Both the position numbers and the translations under genes were made by a program. Under the pieces are notes generated by a model that was given only the letters and a program-made list of their open reading frames with translations, made no database searches and was not told the DNA's origin. A stretch of 64,000 nucleotides of DNA from an uncultured Gammaproteobacteria bacterium (GTDB lineage Bacteria > Patescibacteriota > Patescibacteriia > Patescibacteriales > WJLG01): positions 52,284-116,283 of the forward strand of contig CAZRQU010000001.1 in assembly GCA_964602485.1 (NCBI GenBank). The letters are read 5' to 3'. Shown here piece after piece: positions 35,529-44,456 of this stretch. How positions within the stretch are numbered: the first letter of the stretch is position 1; each line of letters begins with the position of its first letter.

Positions 35529-36326
35529 ATGATATATTTATTTTCTTTTTTTATTTTTTTGATAGGGTTGATAATGGGGAGTTTCCTTAATTGTTTGATA
35601 TGGCGCATCCATCAAGGTGAGAGTACCTGGGATCGCTCTTACTGCCCTAAATGCAAGGGAAAGATAGCCTGGTATGATAATATACCCGTTCTAAGCTTTT
35701 TATTGTTAAGGGGTCGTTGTCGTAAATGCCGTAAAGCGATATCGGTTCAATATCCTTTAGTGGAACTAGCAATGGGGATCCTTTTTGTTTTAGCTTTTTT
35801 CCATAAGGTATCCGAACCGTTCTATTTTGATCTTTCTTATCCTCTTGAAAGCTTGCCTTTGTTATCCCTGGTAAGGGATTGGCTGATAATCTTCGTTTGT
35901 TTGGCTATTTTGGTCTATGATTGGCGTTGGTATATAATACCGGATATCATAATATTACCAGCCGTGGTGATCATTTCGATAGTCAATATTGCCATAGGTG
36001 GGGAATTCTTGGATATACTTTGGCCGGCCCTTATCGGCGGGACCTTCTTCGCCATTCAGTTTTTCGTCTCTCGCGGAAAATGGATAGGTGGTGGTGATGT
36101 TCGTTTTGGCGTATTTATGGGAGTAGCCTTAGCTGACTTGAATCTTTTGATAGTGGCCCTTCTTTTGGCTTATTGGAGCGGTGCTTTGGCCGGGGTTGCA
36201 CTCATGGCTTACAAGAAGAAAAAATGGACCAGCCGTATGCCTTTGGGTATATTTTTGTCTTTGGGAACTGTTTTGGCCCTATTTTTGGGTAAGAGTATGA
36301 TAGATTGGTATTTTGGCCTCCTTTAA
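35529..36326 (+). CDS. pilD: Prepilin peptidase / N-methyltransferase PilD (peptidase A24)
   Basis: Contains CPKC...CRKC, WYDNIPVLSFLLLRGRC and GGGDV. Confidence 0.93.
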   Translation: MIYLFSFFIFLIGLIMGSFLNCLIWRIHQGESTWDRSYCPKCKGKIAWYDNIPVLSFLLLRGRCRKCRKAISVQYPLVELAMGILFVLAFFHKVSEPFYFDLSYPLESLPLLSLVRDWLIIFVCLAILVYDWRWYIIPDIIILPAVVIISIVNIAIGGEFLDILWPALIGGTFFAIQFFVSRGKWIGGGDVRFGVFMGVALADLNLLIVALLLAYWSGALAGVALMAYKKKKWTSRMPLGIFLSLGTVLALFLGKSMIDWYFGLL

Positions 36327-36339
36327 GTTCGATAATGTG

Positions 36340-36368
36340 TTGCCAGAGGGCTTGAATTATAGTATAAT
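36340..36368 (+). promoter_or_regulatory. Near-consensus sigma70 promoter for ftsA-ftsZ (TTGCCA - 17 nt - TATAAT)
   Basis: -35 at 36340-36345 and -10 at 36363-36368, overlapping the pilD 3' end and the intergenic region. Confidence 0.6.
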
Positions 36369-36457
36369 GGGAATATAATAAATCGTATAAATAAATTATA
36401 CATACCTTAATTCCGAAACCCGAAGCCCTGTTCCAAGGGGAGGGTGTTTGAAAAGTT

Positions 36458-37720
36458 ATGAAAGAAGATATATTAGCAGGTTTGGATGTAGGTTCGACCG
36501 AGATCAGGCTAGTTGTTGGCCAGCGTGCGAACCAGGAAGATGAAAGAATACAAATAATCGGAGCCACCTCTGTCCCGGCTGAGGGTGTTTCTAAAGGGAT
36601 AATAAAAAGTATAGATGATGCCACTTCTTCAATTTCTGCCCTTTTAGAGAAAGCGGAAAGATTGATAGGTGTACCGATAAACAATGTTTGGGCCAGCATA
36701 AACGATCCATATATCCGTTGTAACAGAAGCAAAGGAGTGGTGGCTGTCGGCAGGTCCAATGGAGAGATAACCCAGGAGGATATGAATAGGGCTATAGAAG
36801 CTGCTCGAGCATTGTCCGTTCCGACCAATTACGAGATAATACATGTCATACCTATAAAATTCACGGTTGACAACCAAGAGGATGTTAAGGATCCGATAGG
36901 TATGAACGGTATAAGATTGGAAGTGGAAGCTTTGATAATCCAAGCCATGAGCAGTCAGGTGAAGAACCTGACCAAGTCCATATACCGAACCGGCTTGGAT
37001 ATAGAGGACATAATACTTTCACCTTTGGCAGCTGCCGAGGCTGTGGTCACCAATAAACAAAAGGAATTGGGAGTGGCAGTCGTCACCATGGGGGCGGCCA
37101 CTACCGGTCTATCGGTATACGAAGAAGGCCATTTGATACATACGGCCGTGTTGCCGGTCGGTTCCGAGCATATAACCTCTGATATAGCTATTGGCCTTCG
37201 TTGCCCGATAAATCTAGCTGATAGGGTAAAATTGGAACATGGTAATGCCAACCCCGGTAATTTTAATGCCAGGGATCAAGTTGATATATCCGATCTAGCC
37301 AAAGAAGAAGATGTTGATGACGACATAACCAATATTTCCAAAAAATATGTTGCTGAAATAATTCAGGCTAGGGTCGAAGAGATATTCGAAAAAGTGGATG
37401 AGGAACTTAAGAAGATAGACAGGTCCGGAATGCTTCCAGCCGGAATTGTTCTTGTGGGAGGAGGCGCTAAATTGGAAGGGATAGTGGATGTTTCTAAAGA
37501 TAAACTAAGGCTTCCAGTTTCTGTCGGATCAAGTAAGAATGTGGATATACTTATAGATAAGGTCAATGATCCAAGAACACTAACCTCCTTAGGCCTTGTT
37601 GTTTGGGGAGATATGATGACCGCTGGAAAAAGCGGAGGTTCATTCTTCGGAGGTAAGAACACTATCGATAAGACCATAGGCAAGATCAAGGATTTCCTTT
37701 CTAACCTAACTATAAAATAA
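36458..37720 (+). CDS. ftsA: Cell division protein FtsA
   Basis: Contains [13 protein letters not shown] and an actin-like fold with the FtsA 1C insertion. It lies immediately upstream of ftsZ. Confidence 0.93.
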   Translation: MKEDILAGLDVGSTEIRLVVGQRANQEDERIQIIGATSVPAEGVSKGIIKSIDDATSSISALLEKAERLIGVPINNVWASINDPYIRCNRSKGVVAVGRSNGEITQEDMNRAIEAARALSVPTNYEIIHVIPIKFTVDNQEDVKDPIGMNGIRLEVEALIIQAMSSQVKNLTKSIYRTGLDIEDIILSPLAAAEAVVTNKQKELGVAVVTMGAATTGLSVYEEGHLIHTAVLPVGSEHITSDIAIGLRCPINLADRVKLEHGNANPGNFNARDQVDISDLAKEEDVDDDITNISKKYVAEIIQARVEEIFEKVDEELKKIDRSGMLPAGIVLVGGGAKLEGIVDVSKDKLRLPVSVGSSKNVDILIDKVNDPRTLTSLGLVVWGDMMTAGKSGGSFFGGKNTIDKTIGKIKDFLSNLTIK

Positions 37721-37733
37721 TTTTTTTATCATT

Positions 37734-38975
37734 ATGGCTGAAGTAAAACCTACAGTTGAAACCTTTGCTAAGATCAAAGTTGTCGGCGTTGGAGGAGGCG
37801 GAAGCAGCGCTGTTCAAAGGATGATAGAAAAGGGGATAAGAGGAGTGGAGTTCGTAGCTATCAATACTGATGTGCAGGCGTTGCATTACAACAAGGCTCA
37901 AAAGAAGCTACATATAGGGAAGACCACCACTAAGGGGCTGGGGGCTGGAATGAATCCGGACCTTGGCAGACAATCAGCTGAGGAGTCTCAGAATGAGATC
38001 AGGGAAATATTGAAAGATACGGATATGGTTTTTGTTACTTGCGGACTTGGTGGCGGAACCGGGACAGGGGCCGCTCCGGTAGTGGCCGAAATAGCCAAGG
38101 ACATAGGAGCTTTGACCGTGGCGGTGGTGACCAAGCCTTTCTCTTTTGAAGGTGGACAAAGAAAGTCCATAGCCGAAAGAGGGTTCACTGAATTGGCTGA
38201 TAAGGTTGATACCATAATAACAATAAACAATGATAAATTATTGCAGATAATAGACAAGAAAACATCTTTATTGGAAGCATTTTCAGTGGCGGATGATATT
38301 TTACGCCAAGGTGTCCAGGGTATTGCCGAGATCATAACGATCCCTGGAATAATCAATGCTGATTTCGCTGACGTCAAGGCTGTGATGGCTGATGCCGGAT
38401 CCGCCTTGATGGGTATAGGTCAAGCTTCGGGAGAGAATCGGGCTGCGGAAGCAGCCAAGGCAGCTATCAATTCACCTTTGTTGGATATGTCCATAGAGGG
38501 TGCCAGAGGAGTGGTCTTTACTATCACTGGCGGGACCAATTTGGGTATGAACGAGGTTTCAGAGGCTGCCAAGACCATTACTGCTTCAACAGATGAGGAT
38601 GCCAAGATAGTCTTTGGTGCGGTTATCGATGAAAAACTTAAGGATGAGATAAAGATAACGGTGGTGGCTACCGGATTCGATAGTCAGAACAGAGATGCGG
38701 TCAAACATGCAAAACAAAAAAGTGTTTCCTATACTCCGTCCAGCTTCTTGAAAGAAGAACAGAAAAAAGAAGAACCTGGTAAAAAATCTTGGTTTGATAT
38801 CGGGCGTTCAAAGAAAGAGGAAGAAGAAGATGAAGATATAAAGAACGGAAGCAAAAAGAATAAAGTGACTTCCATAAAGCAAGCTCAACAAGAGCCGGCC
38901 AACGGTAACGATATGGAAGAAGAGGATGAAGGCGATTTGGGTATTCCGGCATTCATTCGGAAGAAGATGAAATGA
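37734..38975 (+). CDS. ftsZ: Cell division GTPase FtsZ
   Basis: Contains the [10 protein letters not shown] and [10 protein letters not shown] tubulin signature and the C-terminal peptide [11 protein letters not shown]. Confidence 0.97.
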   Translation: MAEVKPTVETFAKIKVVGVGGGGSSAVQRMIEKGIRGVEFVAINTDVQALHYNKAQKKLHIGKTTTKGLGAGMNPDLGRQSAEESQNEIREILKDTDMVFVTCGLGGGTGTGAAPVVAEIAKDIGALTVAVVTKPFSFEGGQRKSIAERGFTELADKVDTIITINNDKLLQIIDKKTSLLEAFSVADDILRQGVQGIAEIITIPGIINADFADVKAVMADAGSALMGIGQASGENRAAEAAKAAINSPLLDMSIEGARGVVFTITGGTNLGMNEVSEAAKTITASTDEDAKIVFGAVIDEKLKDEIKITVVATGFDSQNRDAVKHAKQKSVSYTPSSFLKEEQKKEEPGKKSWFDIGRSKKEEEEDEDIKNGSKKNKVTSIKQAQQEPANGNDMEEEDEGDLGIPAFIRKKMK

Positions 38976-39003
38976 TCATCAAACAATATATTTTTATAAA
39001 AGA

Positions 39004-39032
39004 CCGGAAGCAAAAAGCTTTTGGTTTTTTTT
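39004..39032 (+). terminator. Rho-independent terminator after ftsZ
   Basis: CCGGAAGC-aaaaa-GCTTTTGG (includes G-U pairs) followed by T8. Confidence 0.7.
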
Positions 39033-39044
39033 GTTCGATTTTTT

Positions 39045-39053
39045 TGGTATAAT
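39045..39053 (+). promoter_or_regulatory. Extended -10 element TGgTATAAT
   Basis: Read directly, 30 nt upstream of the 39083 start. Confidence 0.45.
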
Positions 39054-39082
39054 ATCATTAAGAATGATCAATTACGCATAAT

Positions 39083-40060
39083 ATGAAAAATTTCATCAGC
39101 TTTGTTGTTTTTTTAACTTCCTTATTCATATCGCTTTCCGGTTTTCAGGCTTTAGCATCAACCGATGTTTTTCCAGAAGATGTGAGTTATGATTATGTTT
39201 ATTTTAATGAACAAAGAGGCCCTTATCATATTAAGGATGATGTTCTTTTAAGGCCCGGACAAACCATAAAGATAGATAAAGGCGCTGTGTTCTTTTTTAA
39301 TGAAGGAGCTGATCTGTGTTTTCAGGATAGGGAATGTCTGAAGGGTGAATGGCTATATAAGGACGGGCTAGGGGGCAGTATGATAGAAGTTCGTTCTGAC
39401 ATTTTGATATCTATAGAGGAGGGCAGCAGTAGGGTTAGATATCTTTTTGATCAAGTTGATCACCGTTATGATGTTGAGAAAGAGTTGAATATCGGGATAA
39501 AGAGCTTATATGACCCGGTGATCGATCTTAAAATAAGGGACTCTGATTCCGATCATCATAATATGATGATCTATTTATCAAATGTCATATTCGACCCTGA
39601 TGTTAAATTCGATGGCGAAGCCCCTTATGAGGCGCAGTATGACAATGGGTATGATAATGAGGATGTAAATAATTCAAATGACCCCGAGAGTAATATACCC
39701 TCCAGATCAGTGGCCGGGAGAATATTTTTGCAGGTTGAAGAGAACGGAGAGGCTTGGTATGTAAATCCGGAAAATGGCCAAAGATATTATTTAGGCCGTC
39801 CGGCTGACGCCTTTACCATAATGAGGGATCTGGCTTTAGGGGTAAAGCATAGTTTTATCGAGGACAATGATCTTTTCCCCGAAAGAGTGGCCGGCAGGAT
39901 AATTTTAGATGTTGAAGACAAAGGAAAAGCTTATTACATAAATCCTTCTGACAAGAAAGCTTATTATCTTGGCCGTCCGACTGACGCTTTTACCATAATG
40001 AGAGAACAGGGGATAGGGATAAAGAATGACGATCTAGAAAGGATACCCCAAGCATTTTGA
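39083..40060 (+). CDS. Secreted protein with two tandem C-terminal repeats of about 58 aa
   Basis: It has a signal peptide (FQALA/ST). The repeats are VAGRIFLQVEENGEAWYVNPENGQRYYLGRPADAFTIMRDLALGV and VAGRIILDVEDKGKAYYINPSDKKAYYLGRPTDAFTIMREQGIGI. Confidence 0.6.
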   Translation: MKNFISFVVFLTSLFISLSGFQALASTDVFPEDVSYDYVYFNEQRGPYHIKDDVLLRPGQTIKIDKGAVFFFNEGADLCFQDRECLKGEWLYKDGLGGSMIEVRSDILISIEEGSSRVRYLFDQVDHRYDVEKELNIGIKSLYDPVIDLKIRDSDSDHHNMMIYLSNVIFDPDVKFDGEAPYEAQYDNGYDNEDVNNSNDPESNIPSRSVAGRIFLQVEENGEAWYVNPENGQRYYLGRPADAFTIMRDLALGVKHSFIEDNDLFPERVAGRIILDVEDKGKAYYINPSDKKAYYLGRPTDAFTIMREQGIGIKNDDLERIPQAF

Positions 40061-40080
40061 TCCGTTTGATGTATTGATAA

Positions 40081-40109
40081 AAAAAGCTTCCATATAGTGG
40101 AAGCTTTTT
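40081..40109. terminator. Bidirectional terminator between convergent genes
   Basis: AAAAAGCTTCCA-tatag-TGGAAGCTTTTT. Confidence 0.8.
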
Positions 40110-40125
40110 ATTATTGGTCAATTGG

Positions 40126-41061
40126 TTATTTTCTTTTAGGGTCAAGTTTTAACTTCCCCTTGAATATCTTATATGCATCTTCCGGTGAATATCCGTATAG
40201 TATGACCGAAGATATCGCATTGGCCATCCTTACGGCCTCAGTGAGAGGCCTTTGGTATATATTCCTGCCAACAGCGCACCCTTTGGTTCCTGATATTTTT
40301 GATTGTTCGTGGAGCATTTTAAGGAATTTTTTCTCATCCTTCTTTTCTCCGCCTACGCAAATTATCCCACTGCGTCCGGCCGCTGTCACCACTTCTTGAT
40401 ACTCCTGAGCCGTTTTTTTGGAATGTCTTTTGTAAGGGTAGTTTATCTTTATGAAATCACCACCGACACAAAGACCGACTCCGGCCGCTCCAGCCAATAG
40501 GTGTATATCCTTCTCATCTTTGATAGCTTTGCCTCGCGGATACATCCATAAGACCGTGAGCAGTCCTTCTTGATGAGCTTTATAACATATTCTGGCTGCT
40601 TGGCCAAAAGAGTCAGCTTCGAAAGAACTGCCTATATATACGGTATAGCCTACACCAACTATATTAAGCCCTGAGTCTTTTTTAAAGTCTATTATATTTT
40701 CCATGGAAAGCCATCTGTTACTAAAGGGATCGCTGACACTGGTCTTGACCAAATTCGTTTTTGAGTTGACTTTCACAATAAGAGGTATTTTAGGATCTAT
40801 ATCAGCATATCTGGCTATCAAACCGACTTGGGCGGCAAACACTCCTATATTGGCCTCTTTGGCTATCTCAAAGTAATGTTTTGGGTCAGCTGCTTCCGAA
40901 GGTATGCCCGGGCCTACGAAATCGGAATTCAAATGCTCCACCTTTTGATCGCCAGCGAACATCATCATTTTTCCCGTACCGCGAGTAGCGATCCTCCAAT
41001 TCTTTATATATTCCTTATGCTTTGATCTAGGTACAGTTCGTGGTATTATTGGTTTTTTCAT
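40126..41061 (-). CDS. Class I fructose-bisphosphate aldolase (DhnA/FbaB-type)
   Basis: 311 aa resembling archaeal-type class I aldolases: GTGKMMMFAGDQKVEH, LIVKVN (the Schiff-base Lys context) and VLWMYPRG. Confidence 0.75.
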   Translation of the reverse strand: MKKPIIPRTVPRSKHKEYIKNWRIATRGTGKMMMFAGDQKVEHLNSDFVGPGIPSEAADPKHYFEIAKEANIGVFAAQVGLIARYADIDPKIPLIVKVNSKTNLVKTSVSDPFSNRWLSMENIIDFKKDSGLNIVGVGYTVYIGSSFEADSFGQAARICYKAHQEGLLTVLWMYPRGKAIKDEKDIHLLAGAAGVGLCVGGDFIKINYPYKRHSKKTAQEYQEVVTAAGRSGIICVGGEKKDEKKFLKMLHEQSKISGTKGCAVGRNIYQRPLTEAVRMANAISSVILYGYSPEDAYKIFKGKLKLDPKRK

Positions 41062-41074
41062 AACACTGTTTTTA

Positions 41075-41083
41075 TGTTAGAAT
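41075..41083 (+). promoter_or_regulatory. Extended -10-like element TGtTAGAAT upstream of gpmI
   Basis: Read directly, 57 nt upstream of the ATG at 41140. Confidence 0.4.
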
Positions 41084-41139
41084 ATATTAGTAAGGATAGA
41101 AAATATCATTATTTTATATTATAACACGAAAAAGAGATT

Positions 41140-42726
41140 ATGAATAATGCCAAGCCGGTGGTTCTTGCCATATTGGATGGCTGGGGTGAGTGGGATATCA
41201 ATAAGGGCAACGCCATAAGAATGGCAAAATTGAATACTTTCAGAGAACTTGATAAGTGCTACCCAAAGACTTATTTGCAGGCTTCCGGAATGTCCGTAGG
41301 CTTACCCTGGGGAATTAGGGGTAATTCAGAGGTTGGGCATCAAACCATTGGGTCCGGACAGATAATTTTTCAATTTCTCCCTACTATAACCACTTCCATA
41401 ACCGATGGTTCTTTTTTTGAGAATAAAGCTTTGAGATCAGCTTTTGATAAAGCTAAGAACAAAGGATCTGCTTTGCATTTTTGGGGTCTTTTAAGCGATG
41501 GAGGTGTTCATTCTCATATAGATCATTTGTTCGCTCTTATAGAAATGGCGGCTAAAGAAGGAATAAAGGATGTCTATGTGCATGCTGTTACTGATGGTCG
41601 AGACACCCATCCTAAAAAGGCCAAGAAATATCTTGAAGATCTGCAAGAGAAGATAAGAACGGAAAAGGTGGGCAAGATAGCTACGATCTGCGGAAGATAT
41701 TTTTCTATGGACAGGAATAATAATTGGGACAGGATAGAAAGATCTTTTTTGGCCATGGTCAATGGTGAGGGCATAGAAGAAAAGGAGGTTCTTAAGGCCG
41801 TGGACAAACAATATGAAAGAGATATAACCGACGAATATTTGGAACCGGTGGTGATGGTAGATGATTCTGGTGCTCCAGTAGGTAGAATAAAGGAGGATGA
41901 CGCAGTTATTTGTTTTAATTTTAGAAAGGATAGATCAAGACAGTTGACCAAGGCATTGTCTGTTTCTGATTTTTCCAAATTCGAAAAAGCAAAGACTGTC
42001 AACGGTTTGAAATGCGTATGTTTTGCCGAATATGAGAAAGGATTGCCCGTAGAAGTAGCCTTTGTCACCAAAAAGATAACTACAAGGTTAGGAGAGGTGC
42101 TTTCAAGTAATGATAAAAAGCAATTAAGGATAGCTGAAACCGAGAAGTATGCCCATGTAACCTATTTCTTTAATGGCGGCATAGAGAAGCCCTTCCCAGG
42201 GGAGGATAGAGTGGTGATCCCTTCAAAAAGAGTGAAAAGCTATGCTGAGATACCCGAGATGAGCGCTCCGGAGGTTATGCAAAGATTATTGTCTGCCATA
42301 GACGAAGAGAGACACGATTTTATTTTGGTTAATTTTGCTAATCCTGACATGGTGGGCCATACAGGTATTCTGGAAGCGGGGGTCAGAGCGGTCGAATATA
42401 TTGATGAGCAGGTGGGGATATTGATGAATAAAATTTTGGAAAAAGGCGGACATATGTTACTGACGGCTGATCATGGAAATGTGGAAGAGATGATCAATGT
42501 GCATACAGGCGAGACCGACACTAAACACTCTAAGAACCCAGTCCCTTGTTGGTATATAAATCCTGATAATTGCAACTCTTCCGGATTTAGCGAGAGTAGA
42601 AGAATGGATATAGATGGTATGTTGATCGATCTGGCTCCGACCGTACTGGATATAATGGGGCTGCCCAAGCCGAGCGATATGATAGGTAGAAGTTTGCTTG
42701 AACTTTTTGGGGATCAAATGAGTTGA
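41140..42726 (+). CDS. gpmI: 2,3-bisphosphoglycerate-independent phosphoglycerate mutase
   Basis: 528 aa with VLAILDGWG, NSEVGH, ETEKYAHVTYFFNGG, NFANPDMVGHTG and TADHGN. Confidence 0.95.
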   Translation: MNNAKPVVLAILDGWGEWDINKGNAIRMAKLNTFRELDKCYPKTYLQASGMSVGLPWGIRGNSEVGHQTIGSGQIIFQFLPTITTSITDGSFFENKALRSAFDKAKNKGSALHFWGLLSDGGVHSHIDHLFALIEMAAKEGIKDVYVHAVTDGRDTHPKKAKKYLEDLQEKIRTEKVGKIATICGRYFSMDRNNNWDRIERSFLAMVNGEGIEEKEVLKAVDKQYERDITDEYLEPVVMVDDSGAPVGRIKEDDAVICFNFRKDRSRQLTKALSVSDFSKFEKAKTVNGLKCVCFAEYEKGLPVEVAFVTKKITTRLGEVLSSNDKKQLRIAETEKYAHVTYFFNGGIEKPFPGEDRVVIPSKRVKSYAEIPEMSAPEVMQRLLSAIDEERHDFILVNFANPDMVGHTGILEAGVRAVEYIDEQVGILMNKILEKGGHMLLTADHGNVEEMINVHTGETDTKHSKNPVPCWYINPDNCNSSGFSESRRMDIDGMLIDLAPTVLDIMGLPKPSDMIGRSLLELFGDQMS

Positions 42727-42750
42727 TATCGATAATTGATATAAAGGATA

Positions 42751-42785
42751 AAAAAACAACCTTTTTTAAAGAAGGTTGTTTTTTG
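42751..42785. terminator. Bidirectional terminator between gpmI and the ferredoxin gene
   Basis: AAAAAACAACCTT-ttttaaag-AAGGTTGTTTTTT. Confidence 0.8.
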
Positions 42786-42793
42786 GAATTTTC

Positions 42794-42970
42794 TTATTCT
42801 TCTACGAATATAGCCTCTACTGGACATTGATCGGAAGCTTTCATGGCGCAGTCTTTATTTTCTCCGATGACTTTTGCTTTTCCTTCCTGGGTCAGCTGGA
42901 ACGTGCCCGGGCAGATCTCGGTGCATCGGCCGCATCCGATGCATTTGTTTTGGTCCACTTTGATAGTCAT
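42794..42970 (-). CDS. Small [4Fe-4S]/[3Fe-4S] ferredoxin (58 aa), absent from the supplied ORF track
   Basis: Hand translation of the minus strand gives MTIKVDQNKCIGCGRCTEICPGTFQLTQEGKAKVIGENKDCAMKASDQCPVEAIFVEE*. It has a CxxCxxCxxxCP motif plus a distal C...CP. Confidence 0.8.
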   Translation of the reverse strand: MTIKVDQNKCIGCGRCTEICPGTFQLTQEGKAKVIGENKDCAMKASDQCPVEAIFVEE

Positions 42971-43067
42971 ATGATTGTTCTATGATCAAAGATAAATATT
43001 AATCATTATTAATTATACATAAAAATTCAAAAAAAATAAAGATTTTTAGCCAAGCAGACCAAGACTA

Positions 43068-43095
43068 TTGACAAATTGGTGCAATATGTTAACCT
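43068..43095 (+). promoter_or_regulatory. Candidate promoter for rplJ-rplL (TTGACA - 16 nt - TAACCT)
   Basis: The -35 at 43068-43073 is consensus. The -10 is weak. Confidence 0.35.
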
Positions 43096-43107
43096 ATAAA
43101 CAAATAA

Positions 43108-43216
43108 AAGCCCGAGAAAGCAGGCAAGGAATTCCCTTATAAGACCCGCTTGAGGCACAAGTAGCGCTTTTTAAGGCGTTGCCACCTCTTTGCTCGCGGC
43201 TTTCCGGGAGTTTTTT
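43108..43216 (+). promoter_or_regulatory. Structured GC-enriched leader with a terminator/antiterminator arrangement (candidate L10-type r-protein leader)
   Basis: CTCGCGG (43193-43199) can pair with CCGGGAG (43204-43210), which is followed by T6. It can alternatively pair with GCCCGAG (43110-43116). GGCAA (43123-43127) can pair with TTGCC (43179-43183). Confidence 0.4.
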
Positions 43217-43295
43217 GTATTATTCGGGATATATTTTTCGATCAAAACCCCTTGTTTTTAATAAAAAATAACATAAATTTAAAATTTTAAGATAT

Positions 43296-43829
43296 ATGCC
43301 TAAGACAAAACAACAAAAGAAGGAGATCGTCGATTCCTTGAAAGATAAGCTAAACCGATCAAAATCTGTGATATTCACTAGTTTTGATGGTTTGGGCGTC
43401 AAAGAGAACGAGGATCTCAGAAGTAAGTTAAGAGAGAATTCAAGCGAATATTGCGTAGCTAAAAAGACTTTACTGGATCTTGTTTTTCAAGATATGGACG
43501 ATGTTTCCCCTCAAGATTTCGAGGGCAGAGTAGCTGCGGTCTTCGGGTACGAAGACGAAGTAGCTGCTGCTAAAACTATCAGTGACTTTCGTAAGGAGTT
43601 GGGGAAGGATGATGATCATAAAGTTTCCTTTCTTGGCGGAATTTTGGAAGACAAGTTTTTGACCAAGGAAGAAGTGGTAAATCTTTCTAAATTGCCTTCA
43701 AAGCAAGAGTTGTATGCCAAATTGGTCGGCTCTATGAACGCTCCGGTTTCCGGATTCGTCAATGCTTTATCCGGCAATCTTAGGAATTTGGTCTATGCCC
43801 TTAAGGCCATAGAAGAGAAAAAAGCATAA
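43296..43829 (+). CDS. rplJ: 50S ribosomal protein L10
   Basis: 177 aa with a KQQKKEIVDSLKDKL start typical of L10. L7/L12 follows. Confidence 0.93.
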   Translation: MPKTKQQKKEIVDSLKDKLNRSKSVIFTSFDGLGVKENEDLRSKLRENSSEYCVAKKTLLDLVFQDMDDVSPQDFEGRVAAVFGYEDEVAAAKTISDFRKELGKDDDHKVSFLGGILEDKFLTKEEVVNLSKLPSKQELYAKLVGSMNAPVSGFVNALSGNLRNLVYALKAIEEKKA

Positions 43830-43900
43830 ATTAAGATAAATTAAAATAATTTTGCATATTCATTACGCGTTAGGTGTTATGAATAATGCGATATTCAATT

Positions 43901-44380
43901 ATGTCAGAGGAAAAAAAGAACACTCCAGCTGAAGAAGCTCAGGAGGAAAAGAAAGAAGAGACAACTTCAACTGAAGAGACAAAAGAAGTTGAGGTTCCTA
44001 AAAAATTCAAATCCTTAGTGGAAGAAATAGAAAAAATGAGCGTTTTGGATCTTTCAGAATTGGTAAAGATCTTGGAAGATAAATTCGGCGTTTCTGCCGC
44101 TGCCCCGGCTATGGCTGTGGCCGCTGCTCCGGGAGCTGCCGGTGCTGAAGGCGGTGAAGCTGAAGAAAAAGATAGCTTCGACGTTGAACTTACCGAAGCG
44201 GGCGGAAACAAGATAGCCGTCATTAAAGCTGTTAGAGCTGTTACCGAGATGGGACTTAAAGAAGCCAAAGAATTGGTGGATGGTGCTCCTAAGGTAGTGA
44301 AAGAAGGCGCTAAGAAAGAAGAAGCTGAAGACATAAAGAAGCAGTTGGAAGAAGCGGGAGCCAAGATAACTTTGAAATAA
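43901..44380 (+). CDS. rplL: 50S ribosomal protein L7/L12 with an acidic N-terminal extension of about 35 aa
   Basis: Contains [17 protein letters not shown], an Ala-rich hinge and the C-terminal domain [28 protein letters not shown]. The ATG at 43901 is preferred over the one at 43886. Confidence 0.93.
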   Translation: MSEEKKNTPAEEAQEEKKEETTSTEETKEVEVPKKFKSLVEEIEKMSVLDLSELVKILEDKFGVSAAAPAMAVAAAPGAAGAEGGEAEEKDSFDVELTEAGGNKIAVIKAVRAVTEMGLKEAKELVDGAPKVVKEGAKKEEAEDIKKQLEEAGAKITLK

Positions 44381-44404
44381 GTATCAGTATCGTTCTCTTT
44401 ATAA

Positions 44405-44436
44405 AAAACCCCGGTATTTCCGGGGTTTTTGTTTTT
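44405..44436. terminator. Bidirectional terminator after rplL
   Basis: AAAACCCCGG-tattt-CCGGGGTTTTT. Confidence 0.85.
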
Positions 44437-44456
44437 GGGATATATATTCTTTTCGT

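Noticed and set aside
36202-36828. 208-aa minus-strand ORF overlapping the pilD end and the ftsA start
   Set aside because: It is antisense to two confidently identified genes and spans a consensus promoter. Its low-complexity, Ser/Ile-rich translation is typical of a shadow ORF.
40097-41025. Plus-strand ORFs opposite the aldolase gene (40097-40399, 40303-40500, 40828-41025)
   Set aside because: They are antisense to a full-length class I aldolase homolog and have no independent support.
42776-42985. 69-aa plus-strand ORF in the gpmI-rplJ gap
   Set aside because: It is the antisense shadow of a well-formed 58-aa ferredoxin gene on the minus strand (42794-42970). It has no start context or recognisable motifs of its own.
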